Source: Ramazzottius varieornatus
Lineage: Eukaryota; Animalia; Tardigrada
Direction: 5' to 3'
Assembly (NCBI GenBank): GCA_001949185.1
Contig: BDGG01000013.1
Coordinates: 1,065,226 to 1,129,225 of the forward strand
Length of the DNA stretch: 64,000 bases
In this document: piece by piece, positions 38,587 to 51,843 of the stretch
Position numbering within the stretch: the stretch's first letter is position 1
Layout: the number at the start of each line of letters is the position of its first letter
Program-made: the position numbers and the translations under genes
The notes under the pieces: generated by a model
The model's database searches: none
The model's input: the letters and a program-made list of their open reading frames with translations, nothing else
Told to the model about the DNA's origin: nothing

Positions 38587-39141
38587 TACTGGATATTTGC
38601 CTTTACCTGCTTGACTTTAGTAGAGCAAGACCAGAGTGATACATGTGCAGAATGTACTAAAATTCTGATGGACAATCACGAGGAGAGTTGGATGACGTAG
38701 GATTTCTCCACTGGGATTGGATAATGTAACTCCGCCCAAATAGAGGTAAAGGTGACGTCTAGGTCACGTGCTGTAGTCGCGTATGTTGCACACGTGACTT
38801 GTGACGTTGTACGCAGCATGTGTGAAAATGACAAGATTGAAAAGGAAACCTGTCCGAATAGATGTCTGGTTTGTTCAGTGGAAGTATGCCATATCAGACA
38901 GTGTGTGTAGGATCGTGGTCTTAAGTGTTATTCAAGTACAGGTTGTAACACGCAATCAACTTTACTATTGTATTAATTACTCTCCCGGCTTACAGTGGCC
39001 GCACATGTTTTTTCCTTTGAGCAAAAAGATAGCCCTCAAAATCCAACATTTAAACGGAACAACGGATCCGGCAGAAAGTTGCTTGACAGAGTGGGAAGAA
39101 AAGTCAAAGCTGCGTCAGTTCACTGAGAGCAATGCTGAACA

Positions 39142-42100
39142 TAGCGATGTTCTAATATAGTAATATTATATTAAAGTAGATGATAGTAGATGGTTTGAGC
39201 ATCTACTATATTTAGTAACATTTAGTAAACAGGTTTAGGCTCCGGAACCCGATATTAATATTTTAGTAGCTTGAAAGTAGAAGTGCGATATTTTATTATT
39301 ATTAAGCTGTTCATCATCTGTAGTAAAATATATTTTACTATCCGGTTAACGGCACCGCTGGTTCAAAAAACAGCCTGTGCGCTGGTTGCTCAATGTGCGA
39401 CCACGCCCTATAAAGTGCGCCACACCATACCGATGCCTCTACAGCGGCACAGTAGGGCTACTGCCGTACTGCGAAATTGCGAATGAATACCGTATAATAT
39501 CATGCAGCTGCATACGGTGCGAAACTTTAACCGGCCATGTTAGAGAGTGTAGGTGCAGGATGCAAGCTGTACTACAGGAATTGCTACTGGCCTACTGCCT
39601 TCGACAAATTGTTTGTCTGTCCTCCTCTTATTTGCAAAGAACTGCTAGATTGTCAGAGAGTCATGAGACCACCGTCGCGGACAAAGCCTATAAAAGGCGC
39701 AAAGCAGAAGCTACCACCGGAAAGAGGGAAAGTTCCAGTAGCAGCTGCAATAGCAGCAAGCCCACCAGTAATCGACATTGCGGAAACCGACGACGGTTCA
39801 GACTCCGAAGATGAGTCGTCTCGACCGCCTTCGACATCGTCTTCCAGTCGATTTCCCGAAAGCATAAACTACCCGGTGGTCAAAAGAAAGCTTCTGCAGT
39901 ATGGCAGTACTAGAGGATGCTGAGACGGGTAAGTCAACGTGTAAATCCTGTAACCATGAAGCGAAGCCTGCTGGCAACACCGGAAACGCTGTGTCCCATC
40001 TGAAGAACCGTCATCCCGACGCATTTGCCAAGTATGAAGAGCAGGAAAAGCTTCGTAAAGACCTTAAGAAGAAGAAGCAGGACAAGCCAGCCACAGGCAT
40101 TGCCATGATCCAGTCCAAGCTGAAATTTGAATCATCAAATCCGTACGAGCAGGGAAGTTTGAGGTAAGTCGGCCTTTGCTGTTGCTTGTTGCTGTTTCTT
40201 TCTGCTCTCTCCGTCGATCTACTTCAGGCTAATTATTTGTGCTTTCTGACTGTAGATATCGAACGATCCTGCGCGAACGGGCCTTGTGGGTTTTAAGGAC
40301 AACGGCGACTCCATCCTTATGCGCGAATCCGGCTACCCAACGTGCTTTCGTGAAGCATGATCTTCGTTCCCCTGCTTTAGGAAGGAAAGCCCTGAATACG
40401 GAAATGGATAAGGTCTATGAGCAGAAGCTTGGTAACATGAAGGCAGTGCTTTGTCGTGCCACGAAGATATCTCTCTCTACAGGTGAATCGGAATTAGCAC
40501 GGACGCAAACAAATTTGCAAGACTATTCGTTACGTGGCGCACATTTTCACTGTTATTTGCTGAAAGTCTGCGCCATTATGACGAGCAGACTTAATGACAT
40601 TAACTGTTGTCCCAAGTGGCGCCTGCTCCGGTTTTTTTGGCTGAAAGTGTGCGCCAGCTAGAAAAATGATGTCGTCCGAATTTCTCACTGACATGACAGT
40701 TAATTTTAATCTTGAGCGGTTACTATTTTGACTGAGATTGACGTTTAGTGTTATTTATTTATAGACATCTGGACTAAACGCGGAATGTCTGAGTCGAAGC
40801 TGGCGGTAACGGCACGGATGTCTGATCATCTCACGAAGACGATACGAAGGATGATCCTGGCATGTCGCACTTTTCCGAGTCCACACAGTGCCGCTCGATT
40901 ATTCAAGCTTACGATGGAGATTTTGGCTGGGTGGGAGATTCCTTCGTACAAGATATCCGCCGTATTGACAGACAACGGTTCAAACATGGTGGCCGATTTC
41001 AAAGCCCTCGTTCAGTCGAATAGTCCGGTAAATTCTGACGAGTCAGACGAGGAAGAAGCACAGCTGAGCGTACTTTCAGCTGAAATGGAAGACGCGAACA
41101 CGCAGCAACAGGTCAATGAGTACATGAGGTTCGAGGGTGAATGCGAGACCAAGTTCGACGGAAGGTAATTTTCTCTTACTGCGCTTTGTCCATATATAAT
41201 TCTTAGGCAAACAAAAATTGACAGGATGGATCTTCGAGTGGCGCACGCTTTCAGGCGATAACACTGTCAAACTGCGCGACACAAGAAAACCTTTTTGTCT
41301 AGTTTGTTTGCCGAGCTTCAACATCACGTCCATATGGAATAAACGAATGTTCTGCTTTTCGAGCATTACGGTCAACCGCACATCAGTGTGAATTCTTTTC
41401 TGTTGCAGAATCAAGCGTCACAGTTGTACCATCCATCGACTGCAGACCGCGGTTCGAGCATTCGAGAAGGATGAAAAGCTGAAGCCGATCATCAAGAAAG
41501 CCAGAATTATAGTCAAGACTTTCCGAATGTCTCACGTAGCCACGGGTGAACTTCTCAAAGCTACCGGGCTGACATTAATCGCAGATGTCTCAACCCGATG
41601 GAATTCTACTCTGCTCTTTCTGCGACGACTTGATGAAGTACGAAAACCCGTGAACGAGATCATGGCTCGTCACTTGAAGATCCCTGGTCTAACTCCTGGT
41701 GAATGGTTCATCATAAAATTTATCATACGTCTACTGGAGAAGCTTAATACGGTCAGCAAGTCTTTGAGCTATCCCTTTATGATTTCTGATGAAGTCAGAA
41801 ATTTTTGGTTCGATGTCGTATGTATTGAGTATTCACAGGTTGCGGACAAACTCAGCGCGGATAAGGAAGCGACCGTCCACCGAGTTCACTTTTACATGAA
41901 CGGACTAGTCAGCTCGACTTTTCAAACTTCCATATTGAGAACCCATTCGATGAGGCAATTAGCGCCAACTCAGAAAGATAACAAAATGTGCTGTAGTATG
42001 TCACTTCAAGCTTTAATTTTCTCGCCCTACACTTTCCTACGAGAAATCTTACTAAAAACTACAATCGAAATCTATCTTACTTATGGTGGTGTACGGTGAT

Positions 42101-43088
42101 CATGTTTGTCGTTCAGGTCATTCTTGCCATGGATTCAGAGCTGTCGCGCGTGCTGGGATATGTGATAGATGATTGCAACCCAAAGTTCGATGCTGTATAC
42201 ATTGCGAGCACATTTCTCCATAAGAAACTGAGACTTGCATTGCCACAGCGACTGTCTAGTCTTGCTTCGAGATGGCTGTCATTGAAAAACTTTAAGTGGT
42301 ATGAGGAGCCCACGCAAGGTAAACACATACCGGTCACATGCCATACCTAGTTTCTATGGGGGTCAAAAACGCAGCACCTCGCTTCAGAAACATTGCCAGA
42401 ATCAAAAACGTAGCACCTCGCTTCAGAAACATTGCCAGAATCGACTGCACTGAATGCGAACAGTAATCCAGATGGTATTGACGACTTGGATTTCTTCATC
42501 GATGCAAGTTCAGAAGTCACGCAACAGAAATCTCCATTTGACTTAGAAGTTCAGACCTATGTAAGCCTTCCTGTCGGCTCCGACGACAACGTTGAAGACA
42601 GCCCGGAAGTCTTCTGGATACAGAATGCTGATAAGTTCACTCTGTTGAGTCGTTTCGCTTTGGACATCCTGGCCATTCCCGCTGCTTCGAGTGCGCCCGA
42701 AAGAGTCTTCTCTATCGCATCGGCGGCGACTACGGGGAAGGGAAACAGACTAGCTGGTCACAATCTCGAAAGAAAAATTCTCTGTCTCCGAAATTCAGAG
42801 TACTTGCCCGATCTTGACGATTGAGCACTTTAGACGGTCCGAGCAAATACTGGGGAGCATTCTTGCTGGCCTGATTGATGTGATTCTGATTTTTTAGATC
42901 TTCTGTCGAGCTCTCCGATATTAAAATATATTTTAATAACGAACCTCCAAAGCTTCTACTATAGTAATATTTTAGTAAGTCAGGCAGAGGTTTTACTATA
43001 GTAGTTCGGAGTTAGTATGACTTTAGCAGACGACGGATATTTATTTTTATTATATTAGATGTCATTATCCCATATTAGAACATCACTA
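39142..43088 (+). mobile_element. hAT transposon, full length, with a decayed intron-containing transposase
   Basis: 17-bp TIR TAG(C/T)GATGTTCTAATAT; 8-bp TSD GCTGAACA at 39134-39141 and 43089-43096. Confidence 0.93.
39660..42824 (+). pseudogene. hAT transposase (BED finger, DDE core, dimerization domain), frameshifted
   Basis: SAVWQY*/CKSC..GNTGNAVSHLKNRH BED finger split across frames; DIWT, LTDNGSNMV, CTIHRLQ, DVSTRWNST, LAIPAASSAPERVFS; 39-bp tandem duplication 42363-42440. Confidence 0.85.
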
Positions 43089-43617
43089 GCTGAACACTAG
43101 CCAGAATAAACTTGCTGCTTTCTCCACTGGTAAAAGAACCCCATAGCCTGCCAAACCCAACTCTCCGCGTGATTGTGCCATGCTATCCAATGCTGTAAAG
43201 CCTGGCATGGCAAACAGCTTCGGTACGTGTATCACTCTGGCAAGACTTTGCACTCCGTACTGCTAGGCAGTCAGCTGTCGATTTCAAAAATCGCAACCTT
43301 GCGGATGTTTCGGAAAATTTCTCCGCCAAAATTCTTGGGAATCTGTCCTACTTCTGGCTTGCTTCTCTACAGGGAAATCACGGTTCGAGTTCCTCAGAGC
43401 AGGACAGGCTACGACCATATGCTACCAGGATCGACGGTAATGAAAAGAGCGTCGTCCCTTATCGTAGGATTACATGAAGTCTTCTGTTCTTCCCCACCAT
43501 TGCTATCATTCCATTCTTCTTATCGATTGTGGGTAGAACAGCTTCGCAGTTCGTCATGTTTATTCGTATCTTGAGGTCCAATGGACTGTTTTTCTGTTTG
43601 TTGATGGGTTATCTAGG

Positions 43618-45308
43618 ATGGAGCAGCGATACGTGCGCGGAGCACTCATCGTCTTCGAAGGCTTGGATCGATCGGGCAAAACCACTCAAGTGAATCGACT
43701 GCTTCAGGATCTCGAAGGAACGAAAGAACGATATCCATATCGTGGTATGAGATTCCCAGGTAGGAAAGTAATCAGAATGCCGTGGAACTCTTGAGCAGAC
43801 TTTTGCTTTCGTGCAGGGTGTATAGCTCTTTTTCTACAGACAGAACACCAGCGAATCCGATCAACATTGAGATATGCGACTACCTCTCCAAGAAAAAAGA
43901 GCTTCCTGCCAGAGAAGCGCATCTTCTCTTCACGAAACAACGCCAGAACCAAAAGTAAGATTCATCGTGCAGATATCTGGTTATCTGACATTTTGACGCT
44001 TTTACGGAATCTGTAACTGATAAACCAATAAACTACTTTACAGTTCCAATAATTTCGGACAGAAGTTTAAATTGTGCGTGTAATTGTACCCGAGGTGTAC
44101 GGTTCATAGAATATACGACCCGGGGTACAAATACACTAACATACTAGACTTCTATCGGAAATGAATGGAACTTTGACGTAACCAAAAAACTGCACGGGTA
44201 GGGATGCATTTTCCACACTGAATGATTATGTTGTTCTCTAATCTCGCAATCGTAGGGACGAAATGGAAAGGTTCCTGCAGAACGGTACAACCCTAGTCGT
44301 GGACCGCTATTCTCATTCCGGAGCTGCTTATAGCGCTGCAAAGGTACGCATTTCTTAGTACGGTCTGGGAGTGCTTAAAAGAAACTGGACCCTAGGCTAA
44401 CGAACTTGCCTAGTCGTTCTTCCAAGTGGCGCACGGTCTAGGCCAGTAACACCGGAAATGTACTTCACTTGGGAAAAGTCTTGTCGAGTTTGTCTGGCGA
44501 GTTCCCGGTTAGCGCGCAAAATCGTATTTGCAGGGTCTTCCTCTTGACTGGTGTATGGCTCAAGAAGAAGGTTTACCCAAGCCCGACCTGGTCATTTTTT
44601 TGGACCTATTCGCTGATATCGCGAAAAATCGGTCGGGCTTCGGTGAAGAACGCTTCGAAGAAGAACCCTTCCAGAAGAGAGTGTACGAACAATACATGCA
44701 ACTGCAAGACGAGACCTGGCTGGTAATATTTCTTATCGAACTGGACTGACGTATTCATTTGCAAAATTGGTAAACAAATACGATCAGATCGTTTTCTCAG
44801 GTGGGCACTTTACCAGCCAGTTACACTGAAAACGTGCGTCACTAGGAAATCAATGCTGCTGATTTCTTCAAGTGGCGCACATTTTCTATCGAACTGGCAG
44901 GACGAGTGCGTCACTTGGAGAATCTGACACGATTTTTCAGTCAGGTGGCGCACGATGTCGATGTTGTTGGTGGAATGCGTGCGCCACTTGGGGAAACGAT
45001 CTTCTTGAGTTTGTTTACCGAGCTTTCCTTTCACACGTGAATGTCAAGATGCATTTGTTGTTGGTTACTAGAGGGTGAACGCTTCTAAAACCGAAGAAGA
45101 AATCGCAGCAGAGGTGCGACAAGCGGTGTTGCGTGTCATTGAAGAGTGTCGTGAGAAACCTATCAGCCACTTCGGCGACAAACAGGAAGAAACGAATCAG
45201 CTTCAGTTGGCCGTGCCCCATTTACCGCATCACCAGTGTACTCCCACCAAGTCCCAGCAGTCATCCAAAGAGCCCGGAGCATCATTGGTCGGATGTGAGG
45301 TTAAATAG
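43618..45308 (+). CDS. DTYMK: Thymidylate kinase, 5 exons
   Basis: RGALIVFEGLDRSGKTTQ P-loop, RFP|DR, LVVDRYSHSGAAYS, GLPKPDLVIFLD, GFGEERFE. Confidence 0.92.
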
Positions 45309-46616
45309 CTCGGTTGTTGTCTAGGCGGAAGTGGTTAGCGCTCTTTCCTGGTTGGACAGACCACCTAATTCAGGAAATATGATTAGAAATTCAGACTGTT
45401 CTTCTTTTCCCGAAAAACGGTAGTGAAAATATCTCCTCTCTACTGGTTTTGACAACTACGCGATGTTCTTTTTCCCCAACGGGAAAATTCCAGTTTTTCG
45501 AAGCAGAGATTTGTGGTCTATTTTAGACGTTCGCAATCTTTTACGCTTGTTGTTTTCATTGTTAGACAAGGTGAAATAGATGCCGAGCTTTGTTTGGTTT
45601 TTTTTCATGGACTGATTAAAATGGTAATCTCTGAAGTCATCTTTGCGAATTTTCTTGCGAAAAAATCTTTGCGAAAAGGTTTGTATCAACGCAGATTGCA
45701 TTTGGTAGTTTCTGTCTCTTCATGACGTAAGGTATTGATAATCTTGCCCGTCCGCTTGACCGGCTTGCTCGTAATGGGTTCTCTTGTGAACAAGCGACCG
45801 CTTTTAGCTCAAAGCAAGGATCATGGTTGAAATGATTTCTGCAGTACACAGGGTATTCTCACCATCCACTCATCCCGCCGCAAGGCAGCCGTGAATGCAG
45901 AACGCCAACCAACTTTGTGGCGCTGATTAACCTTAACTTGCCCCAGTACCAGGAAGATCGACGAACCCTACGGGCGCACTTAAACTTTCCAAAATACAAA
46001 CTGCTTTGTTCTCCCTGGTTAACGGTGCGGCACACCCGTACGGTTTCAAAAAGTATGCGTCATCTTTTCTGGGTAGGCGTACTTCCAACTGCAGTAAATT
46101 TTCCCTAAAGGTCCGTCGGCGTCGCTGAACCCGAGATTTATGTAGAAACATAAGCGAAGCCATGAAGTTGTGCGGTCCTGTAGTAATCAGGATCATTTAT
46201 GCTTCGTATCGATAGAGGATAATCCGTTTTTACCTCGAGCTCGTGATTGAACACGTACTCACGCTACCGCTGTATATCGAATTGGAAGTCGGGATCATGG
46301 ACGGCGTGAGCTCGAATTAAGTTAACGTAGAAAGTGCATCTTGACGTTTCAGGTGGTCCAGTTTGTCGCAACGGAAGTGTCATATTTTATTTTTGATATC
46401 CCGTAATAAATCTGCTGACTCTAGTCCGGTCTGCCTATCTCCATCCAAGCGGAAGTTTCAAGAAGCTCGGATTCCCGAAGGACCTTCTGATTCATGTGAC
46501 GACCTTCCCCAATCATCTCGCACAAGATATACAAAGACTTGATTTCTACAATCCTGTTTTGATTGAATTGCTTTTTGCTGAATGCCATATCGGAGGCTTT
46601 CCCTTCTTCTTCAACA

Positions 46617-47573
46617 ATGCGCCCCATCACGGCTTCAACGTTGACGCCCTTTGCTCTATTGTTCCTGACCAGCTTTACTCAAGCGTTTCTGTACCCTACG
46701 CAAATTTCAAATGCCACCAGTGTCGACCCTTATTCGCCCTCAATCGCTTCTGGCGATCGTCGCGATGTACCGATGGTCCAAGTTGTTTTGGTCCAGCAAG
46801 CTAGAATGCTGACGAGAAGAATTGCAGCAAAGAATCCACCCACCACTCCGAAAACCATCTTTCCGTCTGAATCCGCCCTGGACGACCCTGACTTCGTCCC
46901 TACAGAAGACAACGATTATGAACAAACGGTTCAGAACAGTATGAACCATTTCCCGGAAGGAAATTCCGGTCAGAAAATTCAAAGACGCCCACCGCTGGAA
47001 AAGCGACAAGGAGACGGTTCGCCACATCTTTTCGATCAACTTCAACGAAAAGTCAATGTTGACGGTGACGGCAATATTCTCTTCTTATTTCCTTCGGTTG
47101 GTGATCAAATGCTCGAACCAGCTAGTACAGACAGGCCGATTGAACCTCTGGAAGAGTTTCCAATGATGCGGAAGAAGGACACTGCCCTGGAAAACAAATG
47201 GCGGCCATGGCGAGGGTCGAATGTCTACAATTGGAAGAGGCACAAACAGCCGGCGGTGACCAGAGGTAAGTGGAACGTGCGGTACGATGGACGAGTGAAC
47301 GCCTACAAGAAGACCTACGACTGGAAGCATGATAACCAGCCCGAAGTCCGGGTGGAGGCCCGCGCTGTCCAAAAGAGAGACCCTGAGCCGGCAGCGGACC
47401 CGGAACCGATGGCGGACTTGTACTCTGAGACCGGGCTGGCATTGTCCATCACCAGCCCCATCGATGTTCTTCGAGAAAGAATTCGCATGGACAACGAGAG
47501 GAACCAACGTCGACGAGCGCACTTCGGAAGAGGTAACAAAGACCGCCACAAGAACCTGCAGAAACTCGGCTGA
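46617..47573 (+). CDS. Neuropeptide precursor, CRF/DH44/ELH-family diuretic hormone-like, intronless
   Basis: Signal peptide, multiple dibasic sites; C-terminal LALSITSPIDVLRERI...KNLQKLG-stop matches the SLSI..P.DVLR motif and an amidation Gly. Confidence 0.8.
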   Translation: MRPITASTLTPFALLFLTSFTQAFLYPTQISNATSVDPYSPSIASGDRRDVPMVQVVLVQQARMLTRRIAAKNPPTTPKTIFPSESALDDPDFVPTEDNDYEQTVQNSMNHFPEGNSGQKIQRRPPLEKRQGDGSPHLFDQLQRKVNVDGDGNILFLFPSVGDQMLEPASTDRPIEPLEEFPMMRKKDTALENKWRPWRGSNVYNWKRHKQPAVTRGKWNVRYDGRVNAYKKTYDWKHDNQPEVRVEARAVQKRDPEPAADPEPMADLYSETGLALSITSPIDVLRERIRMDNERNQRRRAHFGRGNKDRHKNLQKLG

Positions 47574-48404
47574 CCCCCGAACTCAAGAGCAGAGTGATTC
47601 GACGGCAACACAGACATGCTTTGGATTTTACTTGGTTACGTGTTGCGTGGTTCTTCTGCTTTCTTCTAAATTCATTTATTATTCCGAACGTAGCTTCAGT
47701 GAAGATTACTCGTCCGTGTTTCAATTCCAACTGGTGTGTGGCAAGTATTTGAATTCCAAAAGACACTTTTTGCTTTCATGAACACCTCTGTTCACTGAAG
47801 TGCGCGAACCCATCCGGATTTTATCTGAAGACCTCAACTTCCGATTGAGTACCTCGCGAACCCTAGTGTTCGATACCGTTTTTACGATAGCGCCAGCTGT
47901 AATCTGTCTCAATGTGGCAGTGCGTCGAAGTAAGCTAAAAACAAATGAGTAGGTACCGCTCCCTTAGACCTGAAGACATTGATTTCTTTACTGACAGTTG
48001 TCATGTATTGCTGAGAAAATCTAGACAGAGAGTCAAAACGTGATTTTCGACGATCGTGTTGCAGTGGATAATTATCTATCGCTTCCGCACCTTCTGGCTA
48101 ATATCATGAACTTAATGAGATGACCCGGGGTTGAGAGATTTTTCCTGTAACATGATGATCATAATATAGACTTACCTTGCGTACGTCGCGGGACCGGTGA
48201 CGAAATTTGCTACGCGCCAGCTCATTCTTCTTCTACAGCTAACGAGCGCCGTAGCGGTTGCGATAAAGTCGCATATAATTTTATCTATGGCTGCATTGGC
48301 TTGTCAAGCCTCCTACGACCACAAGGAGCTTCTAACAAATAACAATCGAAGCTTCCGAACCACTGCACCTGGCGAAGAGTAGGCGCTACTCGCTACTTCC
48401 GGTA

Positions 48405-49968
48405 CACGCAGGACGAGAAATTATGGTAAATGCGGCTGACCTAATTATTGACCTGAACAAAATTTCTGGCCGGGCGGGCTGGCGGCAGTTTAACGCAGAG
48501 ATTGTTGTCGTAGCAGAAACTAGCCCCGTGACGTCGGCAAGTAAAATTTCGCAGTGCAATATGCGGAATAGTGTCATTCCAGATTTCGTTTCTTATTTCG
48601 TACTTCTTTTCCCATCTTGAGGAAGGTTAGCCTGGAATATGCCGGAAGGTCTTAAAAGCAAGAGACAGCGAAAGTATACGGAGGATAGCCTGAAAACGGT
48701 AGTTCGTGCGGTTGCCTTCATAAGGTGGACTGCCTACAGGGTGATCCCTATAAGTTGGAACGATTTTGGATGTGAACAAAAACGAGCAGTGCTTTCACTT
48801 CTTCGAAAATTCGTTCTCAGATACGTGTAACCAACAAAAAGATTGTGTAGAAATTTTGTCGGGGTGTCGTGGTCCAGAAGCAGCACAGTGCTGAAGACGT
48901 GAATTAGGTGGAAATCAAAAATTTTTCGCGAAACCAACATGCAATGCACTTCAGGCTGGTTTGCTTGCGTGCGAAACGTTTCAGAATATTTTCGCTGATG
49001 CTATTCTGTTAGAAAACCCTTCTAGTTATAGTAAAAAATTATCATTCACGAGTTCGTGCACATGGTTGGGTCTGTGAGCGACAATATTGCTGTAGCTGAG
49101 GGGGGTAAGCAAAATTTTCCGCGTACTGNNNNNNNNNNNNNNNNNNNNNNNNNNNNNNNNNNNNNNNNNNNNNNNNNNCGAGCCATCTCCGTCCACAGCG
49201 TGTTCGGGCGGTCGGTTTGTTTTGTAACAGTCAATCCGAACATGCTTCAATCATGAAACAATTTTGTGAGGATATGTAATCGTTTTTCCCGTCAGATATA
49301 AATAATTTAACTGGGTTTCCCACTTTTTACCCGTAAAATTCATGTATTCAGTGGCTCACAACAATCAAACGATCAATGTTCTGTTGAGGAGACCTTCACA
49401 AAAATTCAAGATGAAGACATGCTCTATCGAACAAGTTGAAGTTTGGAATTGAATAGCTAGAAGCGACTTTACCACGAATTCTCAAAATCGTTCCAATTTA
49501 CAGCGATCACCCTGTAAGTAAAGGCCTTTCCGGCGAGAAAAGTCTAGTTTCAACGTTGATTTACCATCAGAGCTGCACTTTCCTTGCAAAATAACCAAGA
49601 ATATAGAAGGAAACCAGATCTACGATGATTGAGAAGATCTCTGCAAACGTTTGGTTTTTCGTGTAGGCAAAGCGGTAATGCGTGGTGAAATCAGTTCTGT
49701 TTCAGCCGCAGCCGAATACTGCTGGCGGAGCCGCTGATTCGGAAATCAGTAGCCAGAAATTTTGTCCAGGCCAATAACTAGGTCAGCTCCGTTTACAGTA
49801 AAAATTATGGTGCGGACCTTTTCGCTACGGCGGTACGGGAGCACGTACGTACGCGACCGATTCACGCTGATATATTTTTCGACACTTTTCTACGGTCGAA
49901 TTTCCATTTCACCGTCCTTTCCGCCTGTCCCATAATTTTTACTGTACCATAATTTCTCGTCTTGCGTG
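48405..49968 (+). mobile_element. Non-autonomous pogo-like element (related to 37995-38586), spans an assembly gap
   Basis: TIR CACGCA(G/A)GACGAGAAATTATGGTA with TA flanks; psq-like RKYTEDSLKTVVRAV at ~48669. Confidence 0.7.
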
Positions 49969-50149
49969 TACCCTTTATGAGAATCACGTTTGACATAGAG
50001 CGAGAGAGGGGGACATTACCTCCAATTTTCAATTTTTTTCCATGTTTCCAGCTTCCCTCGTTCAAAGGTGGCCACATTAAGTACGCAGCTCTACTACGAT
50101 CTTCTACAGGTCCAGAAAAAAGCGAACGAAGGAAAAGCACATAGAAATT

Positions 50150-51258
50150 CTATCGGTTAGACTTGGCGACACGTTCGAGTTCGTCTTTTTTCTTGATAGC
50201 ATAGCTATTAGAAGATTGCTGCGAAGAAAGAAGACATCCGTTAGCCTTTTTGTTCTGATACGCATCATCTAGCCCTTCACCAGATCTGAGAAAACAGGAA
50301 GCAACAACAAAACGTACCTTGCTTGCGTTAATAAGTTCGTCAGCCAAGCACTCGGCAATGGTCTTGATGTTCCTGAAGGCCGACTCGCGAGCTCCAGTGC
50401 ATAAAAGCCAGATGGCCTGATTGACTCGTCTCAACGGAGACACGTCCACAGCCTACGACAGAAAAGAAATGACATCAGAGAGAGGAAAAAGAATAAAAAG
50501 AAGTGGATAGCAGTTCAATGAAATCCCAGTTTCATTTCACTCAGTTGCCGGCAAATGAATCTGTACAAGATCGATACCTCAAGTGGCGCACGCTTCAAGC
50601 CAAAAGCGATAAAAATGTGCGCCACTTGAGACCACAATCTCGTCGAGTTAGTCCCAGTGGCGCTCATTTCAGCCAGTAACAGTGAAGACGTGCGCCACTC
50701 GATCTGAAGCGTGATGACTGGATTGACTTACCTGTCGACGGACTGTACCAGCACGACCGATACGGGTAGAATCTTCTCGTGGACCAGAGTTGATGACTGC
50801 GTTCACCAGAATCTGGACTGGATTCTCACCCGTCAGCAGATAAATGATCTCTAAAGTGTGCTTGACGATACGGACAGCCATCAACTTCTTGCCGTTGTTT
50901 CGACCGTGCATCATCAGCGAGTTGGTCAAACGCTCAACGATAGGGCACTGGGCCTTACGGAAACGCTTGGCGGCATACCGACCAGCTGAATGCGGCAGAA
51001 ACTTCGAGTGCTTGTCCTTGACGGCGATGTAATCCTAAAGCAGAATCACACTTTGCCCAAATTCCCCCAGACGAGCTACAAGCGAAAGCTTACGGTCAGA
51101 GCCATGTCGCTGACGTTGATTCCCACTGTAGACCATTTTCCAAACAGCTTGATCTCCTCTCCTGGTGTGTCAGGAACGGTGATGCCAGCTGGCATATCGG
51201 TCTCCTCCACAACAGCTCCTCCAGCGGCATCACCCTCCACACCCCAGTTATCAGCCAT
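50150..51258 (-). CDS. RPS5: 40S ribosomal protein S5 (uS7), 4 coding exons
   Basis: [79 protein letters not shown]. Confidence 0.97.
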
Positions 51259-51843
51259 GCTGAACCGAGAATCCTGGAAGAGAAACGAACAGCTGCAACT
51301 GAAGCCCGAGTAATCAACAATCAGCGCTAGCACCCAACAGCGGCTGGGCGAACGACATCCCGGACAATGCTCGTGCTGCGGTGCTCGGATCCACAAACTA
51401 TACCAATTGATAGTTAACCTGAAGCCGGACTTACCTTTTACGCTCTCAAACGAATCCAAAGAGATGCAGGATATCCGTGAACAATCCTGGAACGAAGAGA
51501 TCTTCTGGAGAAACCAGCCGGAGAGGCAGAGAACTTCGTTACCGTAGCTGAGTGGGCGGGTGCAAGTTCTGGAAATAAACGTGGTTGTTTTGATTAGTCG
51601 AAGCTACAAGGGGGTGGATTTGATTGGTCCTACACTGCACGCCACCTATACAAATATCAGCAACCAAATGGCGAGATGTGCGCTATCGTATTTCTAGTGC
51701 ACAAGTTGAACTAGCACGGCTTGGTCTGTACTACGTGAGGGTCTACAACACTACCCTTCGCACCGAACCGGAATCCCTTGACGGCCACGGTACAAAACTG
51801 AGTACTTAAAAAATTCGGACTGTTTGGTGTTTATTTATATTAA

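Noticed and set aside
50453-50731. Possible intronic snoRNA in RpS5
   Set aside because: No convincing C/D or H/ACA boxes; the intron is occupied by the palindrome doublet
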